Origin: Coriobacteriales bacterium
GTDB taxonomy: Bacteria > Actinomycetota > Coriobacteriia > Coriobacteriales > UMGS124
Assembly: GCA_017515595.1 (NCBI GenBank)
Contig: JAFWFL010000126.1
Location: 1,121 to 65,120, forward strand
Length of the DNA: 64,000 nucleotides
Direction: 5' to 3'
Positions 27,278-36,870 of the stretch are shown piece by piece. Position 1 is the first letter of the stretch. Each line of letters begins with the position of its first letter. Position numbers and translations under genes: made by a program. Under the pieces are notes generated by a model that had not been told where the DNA came from, ran no database searches, and worked only from the letters and a program-made list of their open reading frames with translations.

Positions 27278-29857
27278 CTACGACATTAAATATCCCGAAG
27301 TAGGATGGAAGTAGTAATAGACTCCGTCGATATAATGACCGCCGGTATACATCTTGCCTGACGAGGGATCCAAGAAGTAAGTCTTACCGCTTAAGGTTAG
27401 CCAGCCGGTATGCATCTTGCCTTCATAGTTTAAATAGTACCAGTATCCGCTCAATTTTACCCAGCCAATTTTCATAGCACCGCTTGACGTAAAGTAATAC
27501 CTAAAACCGTCAATCTGTTGCCAACCGGTGAGCATTCTGCCACTGGAATTACAGTAATATACCTTGCCGTTCAATCCCAACCAACCGGTGAGCATAATGC
27601 CGTTCGAATCCATGTAGTACCAGTATCCGTTTACTTTTTGCCAGCCGGTAGTCATGGCACCGCTTGAGTTGAAGTAATACCAATAACCGCCAAGCTTCTT
27701 CCAGCCCTTCACCATTTTACCGTTTGAGGTGCAATAATACAGTTTACCGTTCCAAGAAATCCAGCCTGTTTGCATAATGCCGTCATCGGCCATATAGTAC
27801 CAGTACCCGCTTACCTTTTTCCAACCGGTACACATGGTTCCGTTCTCATAGTAGTACCATGAACCACTTATTTTAACCCAGCCGTTAAGCGAAGGATCGC
27901 TGTAAATAACCGTTGTACGATCTGTCGTAATGTAGTTGCTGTTATTAACAAGCGTGGTATATTGTGTGAGATTTTTAGCGTATATCTTGCTGTCATAACT
28001 GAGACTGGCAAAACAGTCTTTACCAAAAGTACTCACGTTAGCAGGTAACCTTAGCTCAGTTAAGCTCACACAACAGCTGAATGCGCCTGCACCAATTACC
28101 TCTAATGAATCTGGGAGTGAAATCGCATAGAGACTATAGCAATTCAAAAATGCGTTTGAACCAATACTTGTTACTCCGCTTGGTATAGCAATCGAAGCTA
28201 AAGACTGGCAGTCACGGAATAATCCGTTTGGAATCATGGTTATACCGCTGCTAATGGTTACATTTACCAAATTAATGCACTCTGCGAGAGCCTCGCTCTT
28301 GCCCGATGTAGTCCCAAAAACGCAGTCTGCCGGAATATTGATTTGCTGCAAACCCTGGCAATTCATAAATGCCTGAGCACCAATATATGAGACATTTGCA
28401 GGAATAGAAAAATAGGTAATGCTATCGCAACCATAAAATGCACGATCACTTATTGTTGCCAGTGTTGAGGGGAAGGTCACAAGCTTGAGGGTATCGTTAT
28501 TATAAAAAGCTTCCGGACCAATGGCCACAACAGGATAACTGTTGACATATGACGGTATGGTCAGATATATACTTTTGCCGCTGTATGATTTAACGGTAAG
28601 TTTGCCGCCCTCAAGGGCATAGGTAAAATCTCCGACTTTGAGCTCAGTGGGAGATTCGGGATTGTCGGCATCTTCGCTTCCCGTGTTCGGATCTTCGGCA
28701 GTTTTCTCAGAACTCTTATCTGCATCTTCTTTTGTTGTTTTATCTTTGTCGGTACTCTCGGTTTTGTCAGAAGCTGTTTTTTCTTCCGAGTTCTTATCTT
28801 TATCGCTTGCTTCTTCGCCAGACTCGGTAGTCTTAGCCTGTACGGTTTCGGTAACTGCTATTTCTTCTTCCTGAGTTGTCTGTTCGTCTTTTTGAGTATC
28901 TTGAGCTTTGGCTTCATTGTCTTCTGCAGAATCAGATTCATTCTCTGATTTCTTCACATCAGCGTTTTGCTGCTCCTCTGCATCTTTGGAAATCTCAGTT
29001 GCTTCGGTTTGTGTTGTTTCACTCTCTGCGGCAGACTCTTCTTCCTGATTGACGGACAAATCCTCTACATCCTGCTGTACAGACTCTGCGTCCTCCTGAG
29101 CAACCTCTTCCTGAGCATCGGCTTCGTCTGCCTGAACGTCAGCTTCTTCTTCCTCTGTGGCGGCTTCGCCTTCTTGCGTTACGTCATCAAGCACAGCATC
29201 TTCTTCTGTCTGAGCATCTTCAGGTTCAGAGTTTCCCTGAGTATCCTCGCCGGTATTCTCGGCTTCATCATCTGTTGTTTGCTGTGTATCGGAATCTGAG
29301 CTGTCTTCCTCGGTTTCTGTTGAGTCCTGTGTAACTTCGGACTCTGAAACATCCTCATCATCAGTGGTATTCTGCTCAGTTCCGTCTGTGATAACAGGAT
29401 CGTCCGTCTCAGCAGAACCCTGCTCTTGGTCTGTGTTTTCCAGAGGGTCAGACTCGGACACGTCATTGTTCTCCTGATCCTCGGATTCTGACAGAACGGG
29501 ATCGTCGTTTTCTCCTGCGATCACATCAGAGCCCTCGTTTTCCTCCGTAAGAACTGAGGTATCGTCGGAATCAGACGCGTCTGTAAGATCAGTATCCTCG
29601 CCTTCTGACTCGTCGGATACAAGAGGGGGAGTCTCATCTGAAGGCTCTTCGGTCTCCGGGACAGTTGCGTCGTCGAGAAGTTCATCTTGAACTGCCGGTT
29701 GTGATACTGTAGTTTGAGAATCAGACTCATTATCTGAAGAGGAGCCCTCTGATGCGCCTGCAAGTCCTGCCGTTAACCCGAGCGAAAGCACAAGTACAGC
29801 AGCCAGTACGCCACCTTTTGCTCGTATCGACAGATTGGAATTACGTTTACATGCCAT
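27278..29857 (-). CDS. Surface protein: signal peptide, ~400-aa acidic region, BspA-type leucine-rich repeats, 10 choline-binding repeats
   Basis: Signal peptide GGVLAAVLVLSLGLTAGLAGA. D/E/T/S/Q-rich tract. LRR_5-like units (ISDRAFYGCDSITYFSIPANVSYIGAQAFMNCQGLQQINIP...). C-terminal GW..WYY repeats ending TSGYLMS. Confidence 0.9.
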   Translation of the reverse strand: MACKRNSNLSIRAKGGVLAAVLVLSLGLTAGLAGASEGSSSDNESDSQTTVSQPAVQDELLDDATVPETEEPSDETPPLVSDESEGEDTDLTDASDSDDTSVLTEENEGSDVIAGENDDPVLSESEDQENNDVSESDPLENTDQEQGSAETDDPVITDGTEQNTTDDEDVSESEVTQDSTETEEDSSDSDTQQTTDDEAENTGEDTQGNSEPEDAQTEEDAVLDDVTQEGEAATEEEEADVQADEADAQEEVAQEDAESVQQDVEDLSVNQEEESAAESETTQTEATEISKDAEEQQNADVKKSENESDSAEDNEAKAQDTQKDEQTTQEEEIAVTETVQAKTTESGEEASDKDKNSEEKTASDKTESTDKDKTTKEDADKSSEKTAEDPNTGSEDADNPESPTELKVGDFTYALEGGKLTVKSYSGKSIYLTIPSYVNSYPVVAIGPEAFYNNDTLKLVTFPSTLATISDRAFYGCDSITYFSIPANVSYIGAQAFMNCQGLQQINIPADCVFGTTSGKSEALAECINLVNVTISSGITMIPNGLFRDCQSLASIAIPSGVTSIGSNAFLNCYSLYAISLPDSLEVIGAGAFSCCVSLTELRLPANVSTFGKDCFASLSYDSKIYAKNLTQYTTLVNNSNYITTDRTTVIYSDPSLNGWVKISGSWYYYENGTMCTGWKKVSGYWYYMADDGIMQTGWISWNGKLYYCTSNGKMVKGWKKLGGYWYYFNSSGAMTTGWQKVNGYWYYMDSNGIMLTGWLGLNGKVYYCNSSGRMLTGWQQIDGFRYYFTSSGAMKIGWVKLSGYWYYLNYEGKMHTGWLTLSGKTYFLDPSSGKMYTGGHYIDGVYYYFHPTSGYLMS
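27281..27886 (-). repeat. Tandem ~60-bp coding repeats (10 choline-binding units)
   Basis: GWKKVSGYWYYMADDGIMQT, GWISWNGKLYYCTSNGKMVK, and so on. Confidence 0.9.
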
Positions 29858-30196
29858 ATGCGCCCAACCTCCTCATCTACACAGACAGATTCCTGCCCAT
29901 GAAACATATCCTGAGCCCATATACAGTATACGCAAATAAATGTCTTACATATATCCCTCGATTAATTCAACATATCGCAACTGCTCTTGTGTTGTTGTTC
30001 TCATGAGTTCTTCGCAAAACCATCATTTGGTGACACGGGAACGACTCTCGTACCACCTCCGTGTTAGCCGCTGTACTCTTTTGGGCTGTTTATGATTCTG
30101 TTTAAAACATTTAACAAATGAGGGTTTCATTTCATTCCATAAGAGAGTAGTATTATGCACGTCAGGTGTTTTACGGACAAAAGGTGGATGACGTTT

Positions 30197-31657
30197 ATGA
30201 GTGAACCAAACAAACCACTCGGCAGCCACTTTGCGGGGAGTGCCCCGCAAGGCTCGCGCGAGCATTTTGCAAGTCGATTAGGATTCATCCTGATCTCGGC
30301 CGGTTGTGCCATCGGTTTAGGTAATATTTGGCGTTTCCCCTATATTACCGGCCAGTATGGCGGAGCAGCATTTATCTTGATTTATTTGCTCTTCCTGGTC
30401 ATTTTGGGCCTGCCGGTTATGATCATGGAGTTCTCGGTTGGCCGTGCAAGCCAGCGTACGGCAGCAGGAGCTTTTAAAGCACTGGCTCCTACCAAGCATT
30501 GGAACTGGTTTGGCTGGTTCTCGTTCCTGGGTTGCTTCATTCTTATGATGTTCTATACCGTTGTATGCGGCTGGATGCTTTCTTACACTGCAAAGATGGG
30601 ACTGGGCACCTTTAACGGATTAGATGCAGCCGCAACAGGCGAGGTCTTTAACAGTCTTTTGGCAAATCCCGGCGAGATGGTTGCCTGGATGTTTGTTGCG
30701 ATTGTTATTGGCCTTTTGGTTTGCAGCCTTGGTCTGCAGAAGGGCGTTGAGCGCGTAACCAAGGTTATGATGGTAGCGCTTCTTGTGCTTATGGCTGCCC
30801 TTGCCGTGCGTAGCGTTACGCTTCCCGGTGCTCAGGCAGGTATCGAATTCTATCTGATTCCTGATTTTGGCAGGCTTTTGAACGATGCCGAAGGCGCGTT
30901 TAGTATTACTCAGCTTGGAGATGCCGTGTATGCGGCTATGGGTCAGGCGTTCTTCACGCTTTCGCTCGGTATTTCTTCGATGGAAGTCTTTGGTAGCCGC
31001 ATTGGTAAAGAGCGTTCCCTCACGGGCGAAGCAGTACGTATTTGCGGACTTGATACTTTTGTAGCACTCGTAGCAGGCCTTATTATTTTCCCGGCTTGCT
31101 TCGCATTTAATGTAGACGCCGGTGCAGGCCCCGGTCTCGTATTTGTTACTCTTCCCAACGTGTTTAGCCAAATGCCTCTCGGACAGCTGTGGGGCTGCCT
31201 GTTCTTCCTGTTCATGAGCTTTGCTGCACTTTCTACCGTTATTGCGGTTTTCGAAATGATCATTAGCTTTGCCGAGGAGAAGTGGGGTTGGGATCGCAAG
31301 AAGTCAGTTGTTATTAATGGCATTCTTCTTATTGTTCTCAGCATTCCGTGCGCACTTGGCTTTAATATGTGGGACAGCTTTGCGGTTCCGGGCATTGGCG
31401 GCGTTCAGGATCTCGAGGACTTCATCGTATCGAACAACCTGCTCCCGCTTGGCGCTTTGCTCTATGTTATCTTCTGCGTCAGCAAGAAACTCGGCTGGGG
31501 CTGGGACAACTTTGTTGACGAGGCCGACGCGGGTAAGGGTCTTCGCTTCCCCTTATGGGCGAAGGGCTGGATTCGCTTTGGTCTGCCCATCCTTATCATA
31601 GTTATCTTTGTGATGGGATATATTCCTAAGATTATGACCTGGGCAGGTATCGCGTAA
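30197..31657 (+). CDS. Sodium-dependent transporter, neurotransmitter:sodium symporter (SNF) family
   Basis: The signature RLGFILISAGCAIGLGNIWRFPY...GLPVMIMEFSVGR is present and the protein is polytopic. ATG 30197 lies 9 nt after AAGGTGG (the track ORF starts at 30155). Confidence 0.9.
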   Translation: MSEPNKPLGSHFAGSAPQGSREHFASRLGFILISAGCAIGLGNIWRFPYITGQYGGAAFILIYLLFLVILGLPVMIMEFSVGRASQRTAAGAFKALAPTKHWNWFGWFSFLGCFILMMFYTVVCGWMLSYTAKMGLGTFNGLDAAATGEVFNSLLANPGEMVAWMFVAIVIGLLVCSLGLQKGVERVTKVMMVALLVLMAALAVRSVTLPGAQAGIEFYLIPDFGRLLNDAEGAFSITQLGDAVYAAMGQAFFTLSLGISSMEVFGSRIGKERSLTGEAVRICGLDTFVALVAGLIIFPACFAFNVDAGAGPGLVFVTLPNVFSQMPLGQLWGCLFFLFMSFAALSTVIAVFEMIISFAEEKWGWDRKKSVVINGILLIVLSIPCALGFNMWDSFAVPGIGGVQDLEDFIVSNNLLPLGALLYVIFCVSKKLGWGWDNFVDEADAGKGLRFPLWAKGWIRFGLPILIIVIFVMGYIPKIMTWAGIA

Positions 31658-31680
31658 GCGGTATAACCTCAACGCATCAA

Positions 31681-31727
31681 AAGGGCTTCCCGGCAAATAT
31701 CAAGATGCCGAGAAGCCCTTTTTTGTT
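31681..31727 (+). terminator. Rho-independent terminator after the SNF transporter
   Basis: aagggcttcccggca / tgccgagaagccctt forms a 15-bp stem with one mismatch and a 10-nt loop, followed by TTTTTTG. Confidence 0.85.
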
Positions 31728-31884
31728 ACTGCTTACTTCAAATTAAATGCCTTATAACATCCTGAGGATGACTTATCTTCTTCTTATTGGCCTGTCACAG
31801 GTTGCATGTACGTTTTGCGAAGAATCAACTCCAAAATCTTCCTGACCTGGCTTTTGTGAATCGAAGCTATTATTATATCACGCA

Positions 31885-33678
31885 ATGTTCACGATATTAG
31901 AAAGTAGTATGTTCATGAACGTTCAAGAGTACGATATTTTGAATGTGCTCTTTCTGGAGCCCTACATAAACCAGCGTACGCTTGCCCAAAAAACAGGGCA
32001 TTCATTGGGGATCGTTAACAGATCACTCAAAGTGCTCATAAACGAAGGGTATGTAACAGAAACCCTTGAACTTACACAAAAGGCAAAACAGGAATCCGAG
32101 GCAAAGCGTCCCAAAAACGCCATCATCCTGGCTGCAGGTTTTGGTATGCGCATGGTACCTATCAATTATGTGGTTCCCAAAGCTCTTCTTGAAGTGCAGG
32201 GAGAATTGCTGATTGAGCGCCAGATAAAACAGCTCCATGAAGTTGGGATTACAGATATCACTGTTGTTGTTGGCTTCATGAAAGAAAAGTTTGATTATCT
32301 TATTGATGAATTTGGTATTGACCTTATTGTGAACTCCGAATATGCCAAAAAGAATAACCTGGTTTCTCTCGGCCTTGTAAAAGACCGTATCTCTAATACC
32401 TATATAGTTCCTTCTGATGTTTGGTGCGATAACAATCCCTTTAACACACGTGAGTTTTATTCCTGGTACATGGTAAGCGATCTTGTTGATAATGAGAGCA
32501 CGGTTCGGGTAAATCGCAAGAACGAGCTTGTTCCCGTTGACGAAGGAACCGGCGGCAATGCAATGGTTGGTATCGCGTATATTACCGAGGAAGATGCTAA
32601 AGTTTTACGTGAACGCATTGGCTCGTTTATCGAGAGCAAAGGCCATGATGATGAGTTTTGGGAGACTGTACTTTTACAGGGTTCAAAATGGCTCTTGCCG
32701 GCGCGGGTTGTACATGCTTCTCATGTTGTGGAGATTAATACCTTTGAACAGCTTAGAGATATTGACAGTGCATCAAACCACCTCAAGTCAAGCGCCATTG
32801 ATGTTATTGCGCGCACACTTAGCACAACTCCTGCCGAGGTTACAGATATCAGCGTCTTAAAGAAAGGCATGACAAACCGCTCGTTTTTGTTTACGGTCAG
32901 CGGGGAAAAATATATTATGCGAATCCCCGGTGAAGGCACAGAGCTGCTCATAAACAGGGCACAGGAAGCAGAGGTTTACCATACAATCTCCGGGAAAGGC
33001 CTCTGTGATGACCCGCTTTACATTGATGCTGAAACCGGCTATAAAATTACCAAGTATCTGGACGGTGTAAGGACCGCAGACATCAGCAGTAAAGATGACC
33101 TTTCCAGATGTATGCAACGACTACGAGCCTTCCATGAAATGGACCTTAAAGTCACGCATAGTTTTGATTTGTTTGGGCAAATTGAGTTTTATGAGTCGCT
33201 TTGGAACGGACAGCCAAGCATTTACCGTGATTATGCACAAACAAAAGCAAACGTATTATCACTTAAAACGTTTGTGGATGCACAGTCAAAGGCTTGGTCT
33301 TTGACTCACATCGATGCCATTCCCGACAATTTTTTGTTTTACCGCCATGCCGGAGAAGAAAAACTTCAGCTCACAGACTGGGAATATGCCGGAATGCAGG
33401 ACCCGCATGTAGACATAGCAATGTTTTGTATTTACAGCTTTTTTGACCGGCAGCACATTGATGAACTGATTGATTTATATTTTGATAATACATGCGATAA
33501 TGCGACAAGAGCAAAAATATACTGTTATGTATCTATATGCGGTCTCCTATGGTCCAATTGGTGTGAGTATAAGAGGAACCTCGGCGTGGAGTTTAGTGAA
33601 TACTCGCTCAAACAATACCGTTACGCCAAAGATTATTATGTAATTGCCCGGAACGAGATTTCAGCAAAGGGGCTATAA
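31885..33678 (+). CDS. Tri-domain protein: winged-HTH + LicC-like cytidylyltransferase + LicA-like choline kinase
   Basis: wHTH QRTLAQKTGHSLGIVNRSLKVLINEGYV. Nucleotidyltransferase AIILAAGFGMRMVPINYVVPKALLEV. Choline/aminoglycoside kinase Brenner-type motif LTHIDAIPDNFLF ... LTDWEYAGMQDPHVDIAMF. The start could be any of M1, M9 or M11. Confidence 0.85.
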   Translation: MFTILESSMFMNVQEYDILNVLFLEPYINQRTLAQKTGHSLGIVNRSLKVLINEGYVTETLELTQKAKQESEAKRPKNAIILAAGFGMRMVPINYVVPKALLEVQGELLIERQIKQLHEVGITDITVVVGFMKEKFDYLIDEFGIDLIVNSEYAKKNNLVSLGLVKDRISNTYIVPSDVWCDNNPFNTREFYSWYMVSDLVDNESTVRVNRKNELVPVDEGTGGNAMVGIAYITEEDAKVLRERIGSFIESKGHDDEFWETVLLQGSKWLLPARVVHASHVVEINTFEQLRDIDSASNHLKSSAIDVIARTLSTTPAEVTDISVLKKGMTNRSFLFTVSGEKYIMRIPGEGTELLINRAQEAEVYHTISGKGLCDDPLYIDAETGYKITKYLDGVRTADISSKDDLSRCMQRLRAFHEMDLKVTHSFDLFGQIEFYESLWNGQPSIYRDYAQTKANVLSLKTFVDAQSKAWSLTHIDAIPDNFLFYRHAGEEKLQLTDWEYAGMQDPHVDIAMFCIYSFFDRQHIDELIDLYFDNTCDNATRAKIYCYVSICGLLWSNWCEYKRNLGVEFSEYSLKQYRYAKDYYVIARNEISAKGL

Positions 33679-34410
33679 ATGAGCCAAAAAACCCACAAAG
33701 CCACCCGCGCAATTATTATGGCCGCCGGCATAGGAAAAAGACTGCAGCCGCTTACGTTCAAAACTCCAAAACCCCTTATAAAAGTGCATGGCGTGAGCAT
33801 GATTAACACAGCTATAGAAGCGCTTCACAAAAATGGTATTGCAGAAATCCATATTGTGGTTGGACATCTTAAAGAGCAGTTCAATGCGCTTATGACAGAA
33901 TATGAAGGAATTGATCTCATAGAAAACCCCTATTATGATACCTGCAATAACATCAGCTCGCTTTATGTTGCCCGTGAATACCTGGGAGACTGTATTATTC
34001 TTGACGGCGACCAGGTTATAACAAACAGCGAGATTCTTGATCCCTGTTTTGAACGTTCAGGATATAACGCCGTTTGGACAGATGTACCTACCAAAGAATG
34101 GCTGCTGACTGTTGAGGACGGCATTGTTAGATCATGTTCTACAAACGGCGGGTCAGGTGGCTGGCAACTGTATTCTATTAGCCGCTGGTCTAAAGAAGAC
34201 GGCATTAAACTGCAAAAACACATTGAGATTGAGTTCGAGGTCAAAAAGAACCGCCAAATCTATTGGGACAATGTCGCTCTTTTATGCTATCCACAAGAGT
34301 ACACGCTGGGAATTAAAGAAATGAAGCGTGAAGATGTAACAGAAATTGACGGGCTAGATGAGCTCATTGCATACGATGAGTCATATAAAGACATGTTGGA
34401 AGGGGCTTAA
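33679..34410 (+). CDS. licC: LicC-like CTP:phosphocholine cytidylyltransferase (stand-alone paralogue)
   Basis: AIIMAAGIGKRLQPLTFKTPKPLIKVHG nucleotidyltransferase motif. ATG directly follows the upstream TAA, 6 nt after AAAGGGG. Confidence 0.8.
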   Translation: MSQKTHKATRAIIMAAGIGKRLQPLTFKTPKPLIKVHGVSMINTAIEALHKNGIAEIHIVVGHLKEQFNALMTEYEGIDLIENPYYDTCNNISSLYVAREYLGDCIILDGDQVITNSEILDPCFERSGYNAVWTDVPTKEWLLTVEDGIVRSCSTNGGSGGWQLYSISRWSKEDGIKLQKHIEIEFEVKKNRQIYWDNVALLCYPQEYTLGIKEMKREDVTEIDGLDELIAYDESYKDMLEGA

Positions 34411-34413
34411 ACC

Positions 34414-35949
34414 ATGGTAACACGTGTTGGCAAAGTAGACTGGATAACCACGCTTGTCCCCTTTTTCTTAATTGTGGGGCTGGCTTTATTCCTGTTTATA
34501 TTTCCCGAAGAATCAAATGATACCATTGGGCAAATCAGATTCTTTTTTGGTGATACCCTGGGTCTGTATTATCTAGTTATAGGTTTAGGTTTCTTGCTTG
34601 TGGCGCTCTATATGGCGTTCTCAAAGTTTGGAAACATTGTTTTGGGAGAACCCGGAGAAAAACCCAGGTATTCATTCTTTACCTGGGGTTGCATGATGTT
34701 TACCTGCGGTTTGGCAGCAGATATTCTCTTTTATTCCTTCTCTGAATGGGTTATGTATGCAACAAATCCCCATATAGAACAAATGGGCTCTGTTGCCGAG
34801 TGGGCAGGCGTCTTCCCGCTGTTCCATTGGAGTTTTATTCCATGGGCATTTTACCTGGTATTAGCAGTAGCCTTTGGGTTCATGCTTCATGTGCGTCAAA
34901 GAGACCGCAAGAGATACTCTGAAGCCTGCAGGCCCGTCATAGGCAAACATGCCGACGGCCTTTTGGGACGCATAATTGACCTTTTTGCGCTTTTTGCTCT
35001 TTTGGCAGGCACTGCGACAACATTTAGCGTTGCCACTCCTCTCATGGCAGGTATTCTCGTAAAGCTTTTTAACATCGAACTCAGCAGAACAGCTGTTACC
35101 ATTATCATCTTGATTATCACGTGCGCGGTTTATACGTATGCTGTACTGCATGGATTCAAAGGCATAAGCCTACTCGCAAAAATCTGCATCTTTCTCTTTT
35201 TTGGGCTACTCATTTTTGTATTGCTCGTGGGAGGCCAGGGCCGGTTTATTATTGAGAACGGTTTTGAATCGCTCGGGAAAATGATTCAAAACTTTATTGG
35301 CCTTGCAACCTATACCGATGCAGGGAGAACAACAAACTTCCCGCAAGACTGGACCATTTATTACTGGGCCTATTGGATGGTGTGGTGCATAGCGGCTCCG
35401 TTCTTTATTGGTAACATTTCCCGGGGCAGAACAATTAAGCAGGTTATTCTCGGCGGCTTTGTATTTGGTGTAGGCTCGACCATTGTGGGCTTTATTGTTT
35501 TGGGAAACTATTCTTTGGGCTTGCAGGTATCTGGCGCAGCAGACTTTATTTCTCAATATGCGGCAAGCGGAGATTTGTATGACCTCATTCTGAGCATTGT
35601 AGACACAATGCCTTTTGCAACCTTTATACTGATTTTAACCCTTATTACCATGATTACGTTTTATGCGACATCTTTTGACTCAATTGCTTATACGGCAGCC
35701 TGCTATAGCTACAAAAGCATGGAGACTGATGCGCAACCGCACAAGCTTATAGAGCTTCTCTGGTGTGTTCTGCTTATTGTTTTGCCAATAGCCCTTGTTT
35801 TCTCCGAAAGCTCTATGAGTAATATCCAATCAGTAAGCATTATTTCTGCATTTCCTCTTGGCATTATTATGATTACCATGATCTGGAGCTTTTTTAAAGA
35901 TGCTCGGAAATACCAAGAAGAGATGTCTCATGATTGTGCGTTAAAGTGA
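34414..35949 (+). CDS. BCCT family (betaine/carnitine/choline) transporter
   Basis: BCCT signature WTIYYWAYWMVWCIAAPFFIGNISRGRTI. 12-TM-like hydrophobicity. Confidence 0.9.
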   Translation: MVTRVGKVDWITTLVPFFLIVGLALFLFIFPEESNDTIGQIRFFFGDTLGLYYLVIGLGFLLVALYMAFSKFGNIVLGEPGEKPRYSFFTWGCMMFTCGLAADILFYSFSEWVMYATNPHIEQMGSVAEWAGVFPLFHWSFIPWAFYLVLAVAFGFMLHVRQRDRKRYSEACRPVIGKHADGLLGRIIDLFALFALLAGTATTFSVATPLMAGILVKLFNIELSRTAVTIIILIITCAVYTYAVLHGFKGISLLAKICIFLFFGLLIFVLLVGGQGRFIIENGFESLGKMIQNFIGLATYTDAGRTTNFPQDWTIYYWAYWMVWCIAAPFFIGNISRGRTIKQVILGGFVFGVGSTIVGFIVLGNYSLGLQVSGAADFISQYAASGDLYDLILSIVDTMPFATFILILTLITMITFYATSFDSIAYTAACYSYKSMETDAQPHKLIELLWCVLLIVLPIALVFSESSMSNIQSVSIISAFPLGIIMITMIWSFFKDARKYQEEMSHDCALK

Positions 35950-35960
35950 CGGAGACGAGT

Positions 35961-36818
35961 ATGGGCACGTTTGCATTGTTCAAGAAGAAAGGTCTTCCTG
36001 ACCCAGCATTTGATCTTTCGCTCGAGCAGATTCAGGACCTGCTTTATGACATGATGTGTAAATTTTCGACGTTTTGTGAAGTACATGGATTGAGATACTG
36101 CCTTTGCGGAGGAACCCTTTTGGGAGCCGTGCGCCATCAGGGTTTTATTCCCTGGGATGACGATATTGACATTATGATGCCAAGGCCTGACTATATGAAG
36201 ATGCATGAGCTTTTGCTCGAGTCTCCCTTGAGTGATACTCGACAACTCATAAGTATCGAAGCTCAAAACGCAACAATACCATATGCTAAAATCATTGATA
36301 CTCGTTACGGCGTATATGATCCTTTAGATGTACGAGATAACTACTTGTGGATAGACATATTCCCCATTGACGGAGTTCCGGCGGACAAAGAGGAATGTGC
36401 TCAGTATCTTGCCGAGGCACACAAGCTTAAGAAGAGATTGCTTTTGGCGAGCGCGCCAATGGGAACAGGTTTTACCTTAGCACGTGCAATCCTTAAGTTG
36501 CCTGCGGTTTTGTATGAGCATATCAAGCTTGCGTTTGCAGGCAGCGATTATTACGGACAAGCCATCTCGAGCCGGGCCCAGAGCATTGATTTTGACACTT
36601 CAGAGTATGTGGCTTCAGTGGCTTGGACATGCGGTCCACAAGAACGCATGAAAAAGAGCGATTTGTTAATGAGCACAACTATGCGATTTAGAGACAGGCA
36701 CTTTGCGGCAGGGGGTAATTGGCAGGCTTACCTTGAGGCAATGTATGGCGATTATATGACTGTTCCGCGCGCTGAAGACCGCGTAAACCACGCGTTTCGC
36801 TGTTTCTCTTTAGTTTAA
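35961..36818 (+). CDS. licD: LicD family phosphocholine transferase
   Basis: LRYCLCGGTLLGAVRHQGFIPWDDDIDIMMPRPDY is the LicD nucleotidyltransferase-fold motif. ATG 35961 lies 6 nt after GGAG (the track ORF starts at 35934). Confidence 0.88.
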   Translation: MGTFALFKKKGLPDPAFDLSLEQIQDLLYDMMCKFSTFCEVHGLRYCLCGGTLLGAVRHQGFIPWDDDIDIMMPRPDYMKMHELLLESPLSDTRQLISIEAQNATIPYAKIIDTRYGVYDPLDVRDNYLWIDIFPIDGVPADKEECAQYLAEAHKLKKRLLLASAPMGTGFTLARAILKLPAVLYEHIKLAFAGSDYYGQAISSRAQSIDFDTSEYVASVAWTCGPQERMKKSDLLMSTTMRFRDRHFAAGGNWQAYLEAMYGDYMTVPRAEDRVNHAFRCFSLV

Positions 36819-36870
36819 CATGACGCAAACTCAGCCAACGAACGTTGTAGCCTGCACTTGTGCAGCTCGT

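Noticed and set aside
30040-30075. Minus-strand GGAGGTGGTACGAGAGTCGTTCCCG, resembling the T-box core GGGUGGUACCGCG
   Set aside because: It is on the wrong strand for the amino-acid-type transporter. The downstream minus-strand gene is a surface adhesin. I found no specifier stem, no terminator/antiterminator alternative and no U-tract.
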